The notes under the pieces: model-generated
Database searches by the model: none
Told to the model about the DNA's origin: nothing
What the model saw: only the letters and a program-made list of their open reading frames with translations
Shown: piece by piece, positions 48,884-57,460 of the stretch
Position numbering within the stretch: position 1 is the stretch's first letter
Layout of the letters: each line of letters opens with the position of its first letter
Made by a program: the position numbers and the translations under genes
DNA from: Omnitrophica WOR_2 bacterium RIFOXYA2_FULL_38_17
GTDB taxonomy: Bacteria; Omnitrophota; Gorgyraeia; Zapsychrales; Zapsychraceae
DNA: 64,000 nucleotides
Assembly (NCBI GenBank): GCA_001805965.1
Contig: MHHG01000012.1
Location: 220-64,219 of the forward strand
Direction of reading: 5' to 3'

Positions 48884-49817
48884 TCATTTCCTTAACTTTA
48901 GATGGATATATGTATTCCATACAATATTTAGTTTTATTACAAGTTGTGTTAAAGCAAGAAATGCACTCATATGGCGAATCAGGTAAAATGTATGTCCCAC
49001 ATTCATAAAAACTGAATTCAACCGGGGACGTCGGTCCAAACAAGCCAAGAACCCTCTTTTTTAATGCCAGTCCAATATGTAGCCCTAAAGTATCCGCGGT
49101 TACTATTAACCCGCATGAATTGATCCAATCAATATATTCATTAAGGTTATCAAATCCTTGCTGCCATGAAATTGAATATTGTTCCTTAAGCAATAACTCC
49201 AAATCTTTCCAATAATTATTAGGCCAGGATTTGTTTGTCCAGCGCTTTCCAGTTGTCCAATTAAAGCCGATGTCATAATTCTTCTCAGTCTTTGGTTTAT
49301 ATCCTAATATATATCCTTCACCTTTCCATTCTTTCCCAATAGCCTCTGCTAATATTTTTTGCCAACAATCCCTGTTCTTCTTCCTGTTTTCTACATGTTC
49401 ACTCATAAAAAGCAGTTGAGTCGATTTAAATAAAGTTCCATTTTTATTCGAGCAATTATCTTTAAACCCATAAAATTCGTCTGTTTTTAAAGAACGGCAA
49501 AACGATAGAATTTCATCAGTTTTTTCAAAATTTACAACAATATCAAAATTTTCGTTAAAAAGATCATTCAGATCACATTCTTGGTAAGATAAAATCCTAT
49601 CTATAAATTCATTCCCTTCTAACAAAGGAACAGCTTTCTCATCAACCAACCAGCTAACATAATAATCTTTGAAATAGTGAAGTATAAAAGTCGTCCTAAG
49701 AACATCTCCTAAGTTCACAGTTCTTCCTATGCTGTTTTCTAAGGTCTCTGAATACCCTAATTTTATTATTAATAATTTTCGCATCTTTAAAAAACAATGA
49801 TTAACACATAATTTCAC
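48840..49817 (-). CDS. GT9-family glycosyltransferase (heptosyltransferase-like)
   Basis: 325 aa with N-terminal KLLIIKLGYSETLENSIGRTVNLGDVL and the C-terminal GT9 motif GLIVTADTLGLHIGLALKKRVLGLFGPTSP. Confidence 0.65.
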   Translation of the reverse strand: MKLCVNHCFLKMRKLLIIKLGYSETLENSIGRTVNLGDVLRTTFILHYFKDYYVSWLVDEKAVPLLEGNEFIDRILSYQECDLNDLFNENFDIVVNFEKTDEILSFCRSLKTDEFYGFKDNCSNKNGTLFKSTQLLFMSEHVENRKKNRDCWQKILAEAIGKEWKGEGYILGYKPKTEKNYDIGFNWTTGKRWTNKSWPNNYWKDLELLLKEQYSISWQQGFDNLNEYIDWINSCGLIVTADTLGLHIGLALKKRVLGLFGPTSPVEFSFYECGTYILPDSPYECISCFNTTCNKTKYCMEYIYPSKVKEMIEHELKENISSGKI

Positions 49818-50134
49818 AAAACAAAGTGACTAATTATACACTGTGTAAAAAGTTATGTCATTATGAAATTTTTTAATATTAATATTGTAAAACCATTTTA
49901 ACAGTTATTTTTAGTATTAATTAAAGTATTATTAATTTACCAATCATAAAATTTTGAACTTTAGGTTAATCTTATGGAAAGGTCATTGCAAGTGAAATAC
50001 TTAGCAAGAACAAAAAACTATACGGCAGTAGACAGGAAATACAATATTGCAGCGGCCAAAACTTCTTTATGCATGTTTTTCTGATTTGCATTAGAACATT
50101 TTGGGATTTTATAATCGAATGAGAAAGCTCAAAC

Positions 50135-50515
50135 TTACTTATTTAAAGCTATTTCTCCCATATCTTCTCTGGCTAATTTGACCCAAAAAGAATCACCCTT
50201 GTTGCTTATTAATTTTTGATAAGTTAAGAATGCGTTTCTGTTATCCTGAATGTTTTTATAGCTTTTGGCCAAATAGTACAAAGCTACCTCATATATTGAA
50301 CTGTCATCGTTTTCCTCAATAAACTTTTCAAAGTTTTCTATCGCTTTATTATATTGACCCCTATGATAGTATTGCTTTGCTAGACCATATGCATTATCAA
50401 AGCAGGTGGACTTATCGTTCTCTTTTGAAAATTCAACAGGCTGACATCCAAGAAAAAAGTTACGGTTAACTAATGTTAATCCGAAAATAACTATTTTCAT
50501 AATATTCATCACCAT
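50135..50515 (-). CDS. TPR-like lipoprotein
   Basis: 126 aa with a signal peptide and lipobox ...NFFLGC, then TPR-like helices (YNKAIENFEKFI, ALYYLAKSY). Confidence 0.4.
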   Translation of the reverse strand: MVMNIMKIVIFGLTLVNRNFFLGCQPVEFSKENDKSTCFDNAYGLAKQYYHRGQYNKAIENFEKFIEENDDSSIYEVALYYLAKSYKNIQDNRNAFLTYQKLISNKGDSFWVKLAREDMGEIALNK

Positions 50516-50586
50516 CTTTAAACATACAAAATTTCCTGAAGCATTAAAATATTAAAGAGTTACCATTTAAGATCAAATAAACTTTT

Positions 50587-51048
50587 TCAATATGATATAT
50601 GGCACACTCTAGGTTTGACTATCCTTTCAAATTCTCTATATGGCATTTTAATAACTTCATCATGCGACCCGCCATTAAATGCAATATTATCATCTTTGGT
50701 CAGCTCTTCTTCGACATAAACATCCAATCCATAAATATTGCCAAACGGCGGCATTGCACCAACTGCACAGTCTGGAAATATATTCTTAAATTCTTCTTCC
50801 TGCGCTAGCCTTATATCACCTTTCCTTATTGCTTTTCGTAAAAGCTTAAAATCCAATTTATAGCAAGCTGGCAAAACTAGCATTATCAATTCATCGTGTG
50901 ATCTAATTATTACTGTTTTTGCGAATTCTTTGCCGGGAGTGTGGGTTACTGCTGCAGTTTCTTGTGCTGTAAAAGCAGTCAAATGGTTTATTACTTGATA
51001 TGGGGCATCTTCGATATCTAGATAATTTTTTATTCTGTTAAACATCAT
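50587..51048 (-). CDS. YbaK/ProX-type aminoacyl-tRNA deacylase domain protein
   Basis: 153 aa. KTVIIRSHDELIMLVLPACYKLDFKLLR...GAMPPFG matches the YbaK editing-domain fold pattern. Confidence 0.55.
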   Translation of the reverse strand: MMFNRIKNYLDIEDAPYQVINHLTAFTAQETAAVTHTPGKEFAKTVIIRSHDELIMLVLPACYKLDFKLLRKAIRKGDIRLAQEEEFKNIFPDCAVGAMPPFGNIYGLDVYVEEELTKDDNIAFNGGSHDEVIKMPYREFERIVKPRVCHISY

Positions 51049-51266
51049 AACTGCCTCCTTTCAATAAAAATTACAGTCATAAACTTCTTCAACTAAAATT
51101 TAAATCTCAGAGCCCGTTATAATGATTCTGTTACTAACTTATTGTTACCCTTTTCTTAAAGTACATTATATTCCTAATAATTTGCAAAGCAAAATAATTG
51201 TTGTTACCACAAAATGCTTAAAATCCATGCATTATTACAGCGAAATAACTCAACAGCCACTATTTT

Positions 51267-52037
51267 TTATTGATCTTTGGTTTTCTTCAATAACCGGTCA
51301 ACCCCAATACCAGCATATCCGCAGGCAAAAACAAGCAAAATCCCAAAGAAGCCGCCAGCAGCAAACGATGGTCTTCCTGAACTTTCGTTATATGTTTTTG
51401 CTAGGAACATGGCACAAATTATTGCAGGAACTGCCCTACCCCATGAAATCGTCCCATTACGACGAAATGCTATAAGAAACACTATACAAGATACAAAAGA
51501 CCAAGGAAGCGACTCAAAGTAGCTTATACCTCCGCCAACACCATATATAAGCGGAATGCCTATCAATCCTCCAATTATTAATACTCCCGTCATAAAAGCT
51601 TTATAATCTTTTTCTTTAAACAGCTCATCAGAAGCAATATTTTTCACTCGCGTTTCTGCAGAAATAAAGCCAACCTCTCCCTCTTCAGTCCTAACTTCTA
51701 CCCAATCAGACCCATTCTGGTTAATTAGATTTAACAAGGTAAGTTTTTCGCCTTTTTTTAAAGTCATTTTAACTTTAGAGTTAGAATCAGGATTTTGGTA
51801 TACATTAGCATTCTTCTGGCACAAAATAACCTCACGAATGCAGTAAACCTTAATATCTCCGAGCACATAACCTCTTGTGCCGTCTGACATAGTTGAAGCT
51901 ACCCACTCTGCTCCTTTATACTTCACAACCTTACCAAGAGTAAATTCATCACCTAAGCGCAATTCACCAACTACGTTTGATTCTTTATTACTTTGTTGAT
52001 AAACATCCGCTCTTTCATCAAGGACTCTAACTCTCAT
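51267..52037 (-). CDS. Membrane protein with two N-terminal SH3b-like domains
   Basis: 256 aa with two SH3_3-like segments (VRVLDERADVY...VGELRLGDEFTL...GAEWV...GTRGYV, and KMTLKKGEKLTLL...GSDWVEVRTEEGEVGFI), then 3-4 TM helices. Confidence 0.4.
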   Translation of the reverse strand: MRVRVLDERADVYQQSNKESNVVGELRLGDEFTLGKVVKYKGAEWVASTMSDGTRGYVLGDIKVYCIREVILCQKNANVYQNPDSNSKVKMTLKKGEKLTLLNLINQNGSDWVEVRTEEGEVGFISAETRVKNIASDELFKEKDYKAFMTGVLIIGGLIGIPLIYGVGGGISYFESLPWSFVSCIVFLIAFRRNGTISWGRAVPAIICAMFLAKTYNESSGRPSFAAGGFFGILLVFACGYAGIGVDRLLKKTKDQ

Positions 52038-52076
52038 TCCTTTAACCTTTCCTCTATCAATTAATAAATTTATCTA

Positions 52077-52454
52077 TTACCCTAAGATCCATTTAACTGC
52101 ATCATCGTAATTCTCGAATACTTTAACTTTATTTCTTGTTTTTATTTTTTTGCCTTTTGACCACAGCCTATGCCATTCGCCCAATAAACCCCTCTTAACT
52201 ACAATCGCTGACTTCCCTCCCCCGATATTTTCTTCGTTATTATTATGAAAAGTACTTATTTTTTGCAGATCATCCAGAGACATCTCATTAAAGTCTAAAG
52301 ACGTGTGATCAAATAACACATTGGAATTCGGCAAAAAGCAAGGATCTTGCAGCAAGGCTCTTGCCATTGCAATAAAATCCCCGGCATCTATATTGCCTTC
52401 AGTCTTTACCTCAAACGCCTCAATCAAATCTGAATAAATTATTTTAAAAGTCAT
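52077..52454 (-). CDS. Hypothetical protein (125 aa)
   Basis: ORF only; no motif recognised. Confidence 0.3.
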   Translation of the reverse strand: MTFKIIYSDLIEAFEVKTEGNIDAGDFIAMARALLQDPCFLPNSNVLFDHTSLDFNEMSLDDLQKISTFHNNNEENIGGGKSAIVVKRGLLGEWHRLWSKGKKIKTRNKVKVFENYDDAVKWILG

Positions 52455-52463
52455 TCACTTCTT

Positions 52464-52763
52464 TCATTCTTTTCCCCATCGCCATTTGATCTCACCTTCA
52501 GTCTTATCTTTAAACAATGCAAAAAATAATCCAATTAATACAATGATATCAAGTTCAAATCTTAAACAATCTTTGACGGAAACATCAGTAGTTTCACTTG
52601 CAATCGGCATATCAATAAAAAGCGCGATTATAAATAATACCAGCAAACATAAAGTAGCTACCCATCCTTGCCAGGTTACAGGACTGAGCCCAAAACCATA
52701 TTTCTTATTTTTGAACCAATATTTATTCATTTTTTCTCCTTTTTTAATCAGGCTTAATCCCAA
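52464..52763 (-). CDS. Small hypothetical membrane protein (99 aa)
   Basis: ORF with two TM helices. Confidence 0.3.
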   Translation of the reverse strand: MGLSLIKKGEKMNKYWFKNKKYGFGLSPVTWQGWVATLCLLVLFIIALFIDMPIASETTDVSVKDCLRFELDIIVLIGLFFALFKDKTEGEIKWRWGKE

Positions 52764-52819
52764 AGTAATAAAATGTACCTTTCTGCATAAAAATATCCAA
52801 AGGCAATTTTAAATCATCT

Positions 52820-54853
52820 CTAGTATTCTTTACTAGAGCATGAGTCTTCGACTATTTTTAAATTGCTGCTTAAATCAATTTCTTCGTTAAAACCAAATCT
52901 TGCTGCATGATATCTAGCAATAAACGACTCGATCAAGGCTATTATATTTTTAGGAACATTCTCCTGGCTTTCTAGTCTTGAAATCAATTCTGCATCTGTT
53001 TCTGATTTTCGCCTCATTATATCATATTTAGCTTTTAACAAATCTTCAAATGTCCTGTAAAACATTAAATACAAGGCCTTTCCTTTATCTTCTTTGTTTG
53101 AATCCATTTCTTTTCTTGTATTTCTCTTTTTCATTAAGGCCTTTATTCCTTTTTTAAGAACTTCTTCAAACACCAAAAGAGCTATTATCACTAACAGCAA
53201 ATAAACCAGAGTTTTTGTTTCAATGTCCAGTATCGCGGCTCGTATGCGTTTTTGCACACACCACATCCAGTCCGCAAATTTATTTATATCACTATCTTTT
53301 TCAAGCGCTTCTAATCTAGATGAAGAAGGCGTCGGATCAAATCTTACCCATTTATATAACTGCTCACCATTTTTATTATGAATTTTTTCTCCAGTCTTAA
53401 TATTAATCGACGGTAAAAGTGCTTCAACCCATGCATGAGCATCACGCCCTCTTACGATATAACGGTCTTTATTCCAAGATGATTCTTCTGACGCAAAAAA
53501 ACCTGTAGCCATTCTTGCAGGAATTCCCTGAGCCCTTAGCATTAAAACCATAGCTGTCGCGAAATAAGAGCAATAGGCAGGCTTATTTTTATATATCATA
53601 TAAAGTATGCCCCTATCATCAGCATTAAAATCAACATAAAGATTATATTCAAAGTAGTTAGTAAAATATTTTTGTATATTAATTGCGATAATCTGTGGAG
53701 TGTTCCCATCTCCCGCAGCATCAATGATGGCTTTTTTTAAATGCTCCTTCATAAAAGGCGAAATATTCAAATATTTTTTAATATCGACTTCTTTCACTGT
53801 TTTAAATGCTCTATCCTCATCCAGAAATATAGTTGCCTTGGGAATATTTTTATCGTTATTTATAACGATGCCATTCTCATCAATTTGATAGTTAGAACTC
53901 TTTCCTTCAATAGCAACAACTCCTCTAGGTAAAGGGATAACACCTTTAAGATGTTCAAACATGGAAATATTTAATGTCTTTATATAACTGCTCCTATGGC
54001 CAGGAATATCTGTCAGTGATAGGTCGTATTGCGCTTCCCATAATCCATTATTATATGTATCAAATACCTGTCCTACGAGATAGCTCAACTGATAATCTTT
54101 CTTATCGATCTCCATTATAGGCCTTATATCGCTGCGGCTATTGCCTGCTCCGGATAATAATAGCTTGGAATCAAAAAAACTAAAATGCCTACTAATTGCA
54201 TAATCTGTAATAAGGCTCATAACAAGCTGATCGCCCATTCGAATGCCGCTGATCAGCAAGACAAAAATAATAGAGCTGATTATTAAAAGAAATATCGGGT
54301 AGGAGTAAATGAGAATGTTTTTATGCTTTGTTTTTTTAAACTTCTCTTTCAGCTGCGATGAATATGGTAAATAAGACGGCATCATTATTATGCCAATAGT
54401 GACAAAACAGAACAGCCAAAAAATTAACTGGATCAGCGGATCAAAAGGCACATTTATTGAAGATGCAACCGTTAGCCATGCAAGAAATTTCAAATAGTAT
54501 GACCTATACTTATAATCAAATGAAAACCACATCAAAACTGCAACAAGTATCGAAGCCGATTGAATAGCTGAAAGCAAAATTGGGACAAAAGCAACTGCAT
54601 TTGCAGGAGGCGGAACAAAATTTCTCCAGATAGCGCTTAACAAAATTGATATATTAACAATATTTCTTACCGACATTTTAAACTTGGACTCTTTATTCTT
54701 CTCTTTTCTGATTAAAAGAAGCATAAATGACGGAAATGTAGCCAATATAGCTGCCCCTGGCAGGAAAACATCTTTTTGTGTTACTGCGTATATGATCCAG
54801 GACAATATTAAAGGAATATAAATTTCCGCCTGTATTCTTTTATCAATAATCAC
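52820..54853 (-). CDS. TgpA-like membrane transglutaminase (DUF3488 TM domain plus transglutaminase-like core)
   Basis: 677 aa with about 6 N-terminal TM helices. The transglutaminase core has the Cys in KPAYCSYFATAMVLMLRAQGIPARMATGF and the His in RGRDAHAWVEA, followed by a C-terminal TM helix. Confidence 0.75.
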   Translation of the reverse strand: MIIDKRIQAEIYIPLILSWIIYAVTQKDVFLPGAAILATFPSFMLLLIRKEKNKESKFKMSVRNIVNISILLSAIWRNFVPPPANAVAFVPILLSAIQSASILVAVLMWFSFDYKYRSYYLKFLAWLTVASSINVPFDPLIQLIFWLFCFVTIGIIMMPSYLPYSSQLKEKFKKTKHKNILIYSYPIFLLIISSIIFVLLISGIRMGDQLVMSLITDYAISRHFSFFDSKLLLSGAGNSRSDIRPIMEIDKKDYQLSYLVGQVFDTYNNGLWEAQYDLSLTDIPGHRSSYIKTLNISMFEHLKGVIPLPRGVVAIEGKSSNYQIDENGIVINNDKNIPKATIFLDEDRAFKTVKEVDIKKYLNISPFMKEHLKKAIIDAAGDGNTPQIIAINIQKYFTNYFEYNLYVDFNADDRGILYMIYKNKPAYCSYFATAMVLMLRAQGIPARMATGFFASEESSWNKDRYIVRGRDAHAWVEALLPSINIKTGEKIHNKNGEQLYKWVRFDPTPSSSRLEALEKDSDINKFADWMWCVQKRIRAAILDIETKTLVYLLLVIIALLVFEEVLKKGIKALMKKRNTRKEMDSNKEDKGKALYLMFYRTFEDLLKAKYDIMRRKSETDAELISRLESQENVPKNIIALIESFIARYHAARFGFNEEIDLSSNLKIVEDSCSSKEY

Positions 54854-54933
54854 TTTTTAATCCTTGTCATTTTGATCCCAGCTAATTCTTTTTTTGATAA
54901 CTTTGTTCATACATTTTGCATCTTTTAACAATT

Positions 54934-56184
54934 TTACCGAATAAGCCCTTCTTTATCTTTTGTATATATAACAGTAGCCTCTCTGTCAGGCTGTATGGTT
55001 AAAGGCTTGTCTCGGAAAATAAGCACTCTTATCTTTGTTCCCCTGGACTCAATTGAGTCACACAGCTCTTGTCTTCTTTTGTCCCAATCGCCTAAAAGAA
55101 TTATCATTGAAGACAACTGCTTTATATATGGCGATAAATGATCCTGAAGAAGTTCAAAATTTACATTTTTGGTTTCTTCAATCCCGGCTAACAGTTCAAG
55201 CAAATTTTCCAAATGGGCCAATGCCCTTCCCATCTGAAAATGATGAAGAATATCGCCTGCAGCAAATAGATCAATAATATAATCCTTTTTTGCAATCGCA
55301 TCAGCAATGCCCGCAGCTACTGAAATGCGAGTTTCAAATATTTCAGCATCCTTCTGCCATAAAGATGATTGTTCAGTATCAAGCAAAATACCGATACGAA
55401 TAAAATATTCATCAACATATTCTTTTACAATTAATTTTCCTGTTCTCGCATAAGAAGACCAGTGGATATCTTTTAGCCTGTCGCCCTTCCGATAATCACG
55501 GGTATTTAAAAATTCATTTGAATCACCGACATTAGAACTAATGGCAATCCCGCCAGGCTGATAAACCCGTTTAAAAGGCACATAAAAATCTGTCTGGGTT
55601 ATGAACTTAGGATAAACGATCAATTTGTCCTTTTTGGGGATCTTAACTGGGAACCTCAAGATTTCTGAAGGAAAGCTGCTTCCCACTAATAAATAAGCCA
55701 AATCATAGATGTCCCGATACTTGCATCTTATAACCAGTTTAATTGTGGCAATTTCGCCGGGCTCTAACCAATCAACAAAACCTTCATAAGAAGCATGGTC
55801 CGGAGCATCATAAATTCCATAAGGCAGAACACCTTCTGAAATTTTAACATTACGGACAGGGTATCTCCCTTCATTCTTAACAGCAACATCATAAACAATG
55901 AAATCACCCGCACTACAAGGTAACGGCATAAAACGATCAACAGATATTTTAGGCCTATTAAAATATGCAAAGATAAACGCTGTAATAAAAATGGCGATCA
56001 AAATACTAGGAAGAATATATGCATCAATATGTAAGCCCGGAGAAGAAACCATGCCTCCGATAAAAATTATCCCGCAGAGTATCCTTCCAATGTCAGTAAA
56101 CCACATTCTCGAATAGATCACAGAACGTTTAACAAACGTGTGGTCTTCTGCCGACATAAAAAATGAATATTTTCTCTTTGGCAT
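54934..56184 (-). CDS. DUF58-domain protein (MoxR-associated, vWA-like)
   Basis: 416 aa with the DUF58 signature EFLNTRDYRKGDRLKDIHWSSYARTGKLIVKEYVDE. It overlaps the moxR stop by 1 nt. Confidence 0.75.
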   Translation of the reverse strand: MPKRKYSFFMSAEDHTFVKRSVIYSRMWFTDIGRILCGIIFIGGMVSSPGLHIDAYILPSILIAIFITAFIFAYFNRPKISVDRFMPLPCSAGDFIVYDVAVKNEGRYPVRNVKISEGVLPYGIYDAPDHASYEGFVDWLEPGEIATIKLVIRCKYRDIYDLAYLLVGSSFPSEILRFPVKIPKKDKLIVYPKFITQTDFYVPFKRVYQPGGIAISSNVGDSNEFLNTRDYRKGDRLKDIHWSSYARTGKLIVKEYVDEYFIRIGILLDTEQSSLWQKDAEIFETRISVAAGIADAIAKKDYIIDLFAAGDILHHFQMGRALAHLENLLELLAGIEETKNVNFELLQDHLSPYIKQLSSMIILLGDWDKRRQELCDSIESRGTKIRVLIFRDKPLTIQPDREATVIYTKDKEGLIR

Positions 56185-57152
56185 TATCTTGGCACTTTAA
56201 TAGCTGAGATAATATCAGCAATGATTGAAGACCTGGCAATTCCTCCATACTGTGCTTTTGTATCAAGTAAAATACGGTGTGAAAGCACATAGGTTGCCAG
56301 CTCTTTAACATCTTCAGGGATTACATAGTCGCGGCCATTCATAATAGCGCGTGCCCTGACAATCCGGCCATAAAGAAGCGTGCCACGGGTCGAAACCCCT
56401 AACCTTAGCTGACGATGCAATCTTGTTTCTAAGACTATTTTTAATAAATAATCGCTTATTGATTCTTCAATTTTTACTTTATCGACAAGCTCTCTCAAGA
56501 GTTTAAAATCGTCTAAAGAAAGGACAGAACTTATGCTATCTACAGGATCCGCGCTTGTTCTGCTTATCAAAAGCGCCTTTTCTTTGTTTTCTGGCGGATA
56601 ACCAAGGTCTATCTGAAGCATAAACCTATCAAGCTGTGCTTCAGGCAATGGATAGGTCCCGTGATAATCAATCGGGTTTTGTGTGGCAATTACAATAAAA
56701 GGCTGTGGAAGATAATGGCTTTCCCCGTCAACAGTTACCTGCTCCTCACTCATTGCCTCTAGAAGCGCTGACTGAGTTCTTGGTGATGCCCTGTTGATTT
56801 CATCGCCTAATAAAATGTTCGCGAAAATAGGCCCTTTTTTAAATATAAATGCATTAGTATCTTTATCGAAAATATTATTACCGGTTATGTCTGTGGGCAG
56901 CAGGTCGGGAGTAAATTGAATCCTGTTAAACTCGCCATCCACAGTTTTGGAAATTGCACGTGCCAGAGTTGTTTTTCCTACCCCGGGGATATCTTCTATT
57001 AAAATATGTCCGCCTGAAACAAGCGCAAGAACAACAAGCTGAAGCTTATCCTCTTTCCCGTGTATAACCAAAGAAATGTTGTCTCTCACTGCTTGCATCA
57101 ATTTGCTAGCATCATTAATAGATAACGACATAAATTTATACCCTCCTATCAA
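56184..57152 (-). CDS. MoxR-family AAA+ ATPase
   Basis: 322 aa with Walker A GHILIEDIPGVGKTTLARA, Walker B ILLGDEINRASP and a MoxR-typical C-terminal region. Confidence 0.85.
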   Translation of the reverse strand: MIGGYKFMSLSINDASKLMQAVRDNISLVIHGKEDKLQLVVLALVSGGHILIEDIPGVGKTTLARAISKTVDGEFNRIQFTPDLLPTDITGNNIFDKDTNAFIFKKGPIFANILLGDEINRASPRTQSALLEAMSEEQVTVDGESHYLPQPFIVIATQNPIDYHGTYPLPEAQLDRFMLQIDLGYPPENKEKALLISRTSADPVDSISSVLSLDDFKLLRELVDKVKIEESISDYLLKIVLETRLHRQLRLGVSTRGTLLYGRIVRARAIMNGRDYVIPEDVKELATYVLSHRILLDTKAQYGGIARSSIIADIISAIKVPR

Positions 57153-57460
57153 TTATTGACATAATTTAATTTCTGCATCAGAGCACAATGCAATACATTT
57201 TATCACAAAAAGTAAGAAAATAAAGCTGACTCTGGACTTAATCAAACATATTGGAAAATATTATTAAACCCAAAGCACTAAACCAGCACTATATTAAAGT
57301 CTATTATTTATGAAACTTTCTAAATTATAATCTGCTAAAAACTATTGATTTAAATAAGCTTATGTGTTTGAATATAAACAATTAACAACACCGCTCATTG
57401 AATTTGATTAATAATATATTGTTAAATTATGTAAAACAAACAATCTTCCCGGAGGATAAC

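Noticed and set aside
57398-57460. TTG-initiated N-terminal extension (MNLINNILLNYVKQTIFPEDN) of giant protein 1, as given in the ORF track.
   Set aside because: An ATG at 57461 is preceded at ideal spacing by a GGAGG Shine-Dalgarno and begins a canonical signal peptide (MKKLFF...). The upstream extension has no RBS and would bury the signal peptide.
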